From Nemertoderma westbladi (lineage: Eukaryota > Animalia > Xenacoelomorpha), in assembly GCA_032718475.1 (NCBI GenBank), contig JAUCBJ010006470.1, positions 62,001 to 126,000 on the forward strand: a stretch of 64,000 nucleotides of DNA. Reading direction: 5' to 3'. The notes below the pieces were generated by a model that saw nothing but the letters and a program-made list of their open reading frames with translations, was not told where the DNA came from and ran no database searches. Every line of letters starts with the position of its first letter. Position 1 is the stretch's first letter. A program made the position numbers and the translations under genes. Shown here piece after piece: positions 63,821 to 64,000 of the stretch.

Positions 63821-64000
63821 TCTGTACAATCTGATCAGGCTTACACGCCTTCTGTTCAATACTGGCCTACAAACAAATAAAACTTGACAGAAATAAGTAA
63901 AAATCTCAATAAAAAACCAGGGCGGGCCCTCCCTGATTAATTATTAAGGCCTACCGGTATATAATTATCAAAATCGAATAATACTGCTGTACCTGTACTG

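Larger units (their letters stand above)
48321..64000 (-). mobile_element. Family B element B2 (5' LTR just beyond the window end)
   Basis: 3' LTR, PPT, ORF2 remnant, gag-pol and long leader with repeats. Confidence 0.94.

Overview
Eukaryotic (metazoan-type) repeat-dense DNA with no recognisable host gene. About 95% is a nested pile of two diverged Bel/Pao (Belpaoviridae) LTR-retrotransposon families. Family A has 2174-bp LTRs: copy A1 (+, 1-15638) and full-length copy A2 (-, 15639-34476). Family B has ~1.16-1.27-kb LTRs: B3 5' remnant (-, 34477-36861), truncated LTR B4 (+, 36862-37623), B1 3' half (+, 37624-44871) and B2 (-, 48321 to beyond 64000), which carries a solo LTR with an ATGTT target-site duplication. 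An L2-type LINE 3' remnant with a (GTACAC)n expansion lies at ~45.5-48.2 kb. Main discoveries: (1) none of the three visible 5'-LTR/leader junctions has a TGG tRNA primer-binding site; in B3 and A2 the bases right after the 5' LTR are exactly complementary to a segment inside the element's own LTR (16 nt and 10 nt), suggesting Tf1-like self-priming in Bel/Pao. (2) Both families carry a non-env second ORF after pol that shares a CxxC...CxxH domain; family A adds three CCHC knuckles. (3) Family A has six dispersed copies of one hairpin/palindrome (CAAACC-YGYG-GGTTTG), placed in all three reading frames. All calls are by eye; no database searches were run.
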